Below are positions 63,987 through 64,000 of a stretch of 64,000 bases of DNA, piece after piece (the first letter of the stretch is position 1; each line of letters starts with the position of its first letter). The position numbers were made by a program, and so were the translations under genes. The notes under the pieces are model-generated. The model was not told where the DNA came from, did not search any database, and saw only the letters and a list, made by a program, of their open reading frames with translations. The stretch comes from an uncultured virus (IMG/VR IMGVR_UViG_3300006127_000002) (taxonomy: Duplodnaviria; Heunggongvirae; Uroviricota; Caudoviricetes): the IMG/VR virus record IMGVR_UViG_3300006127_000002; one strand, written 5' to 3'.

Positions 63987-64000
63987 TACACCTTTCTTAT

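Larger units (their letters stand above)
1..64000. mobile_element. Tailed dsDNA bacteriophage (Caudoviricetes, podovirus-like), near-complete genome
   Basis: Contains terminase, portal, capsid, fibres, holin/endolysin, ejection proteins, PolA and primase-helicase. Genes are densely packed with ATGA/TAATG overlaps. No host housekeeping genes. Both window ends lie in minus-strand small-gene arrays, compatible with a circular map. Confidence 0.97.

Noticed and set aside
1..64000. tRNA genes and stop-codon reassignment
   Set aside because: No cloverleaf or T-loop signature noticed in the few intergenic gaps (by eye only); long genes are intact in the standard code.

Overview
The window is most or nearly all of a tailed dsDNA bacteriophage genome with podovirus-like gene content and the standard genetic code. 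It has three blocks. (1) About 1-9850, minus strand: small early genes, including a MoxR-type AAA+ ATPase / HExxH-vWA / conserved-protein module. (2) About 10190-51635, plus strand: packaging and virion operon with HNH, terminase, P22-like portal, GroES-like co-chaperonin, scaffold, major capsid, a cluster of small basic GG-motif proteins, neck/tail proteins, four glycine-rich fibre paralogues, C1q-like and collar fibres, holin, lambda-R-type endolysin, ejection proteins and a 2111-aa polyvalent protein; two free-standing homing endonucleases are inserted. (3) About 51690-64000, minus strand: replication genes (primase-helicase, HTH, SSB-like, SNF2 helicase, PD-(D/E)xK nuclease, PolA with Leu at the 762-equivalent position, VRR-NUC). 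I recognised no integrase, tRNA, CRISPR array or reverse transcriptase. The most notable unexplained signals are a hydrophobic-x-x-G-G motif repeated about 20 times across 9 putative virion-internal proteins, a 58-codon ORF with its own RBS nested out of frame in the giant gene just upstream of an ADP-ribosyltransferase-like domain, a dispersed 14-bp palindrome (ATAACAWTTGTTAT) with an iteron/IHF-rich intergenic hub, two pseudoknot-like intergenic RNAs, and a secreted 6-Cys micropeptide. All family assignments come from motif recognition by eye; no database searches were run.
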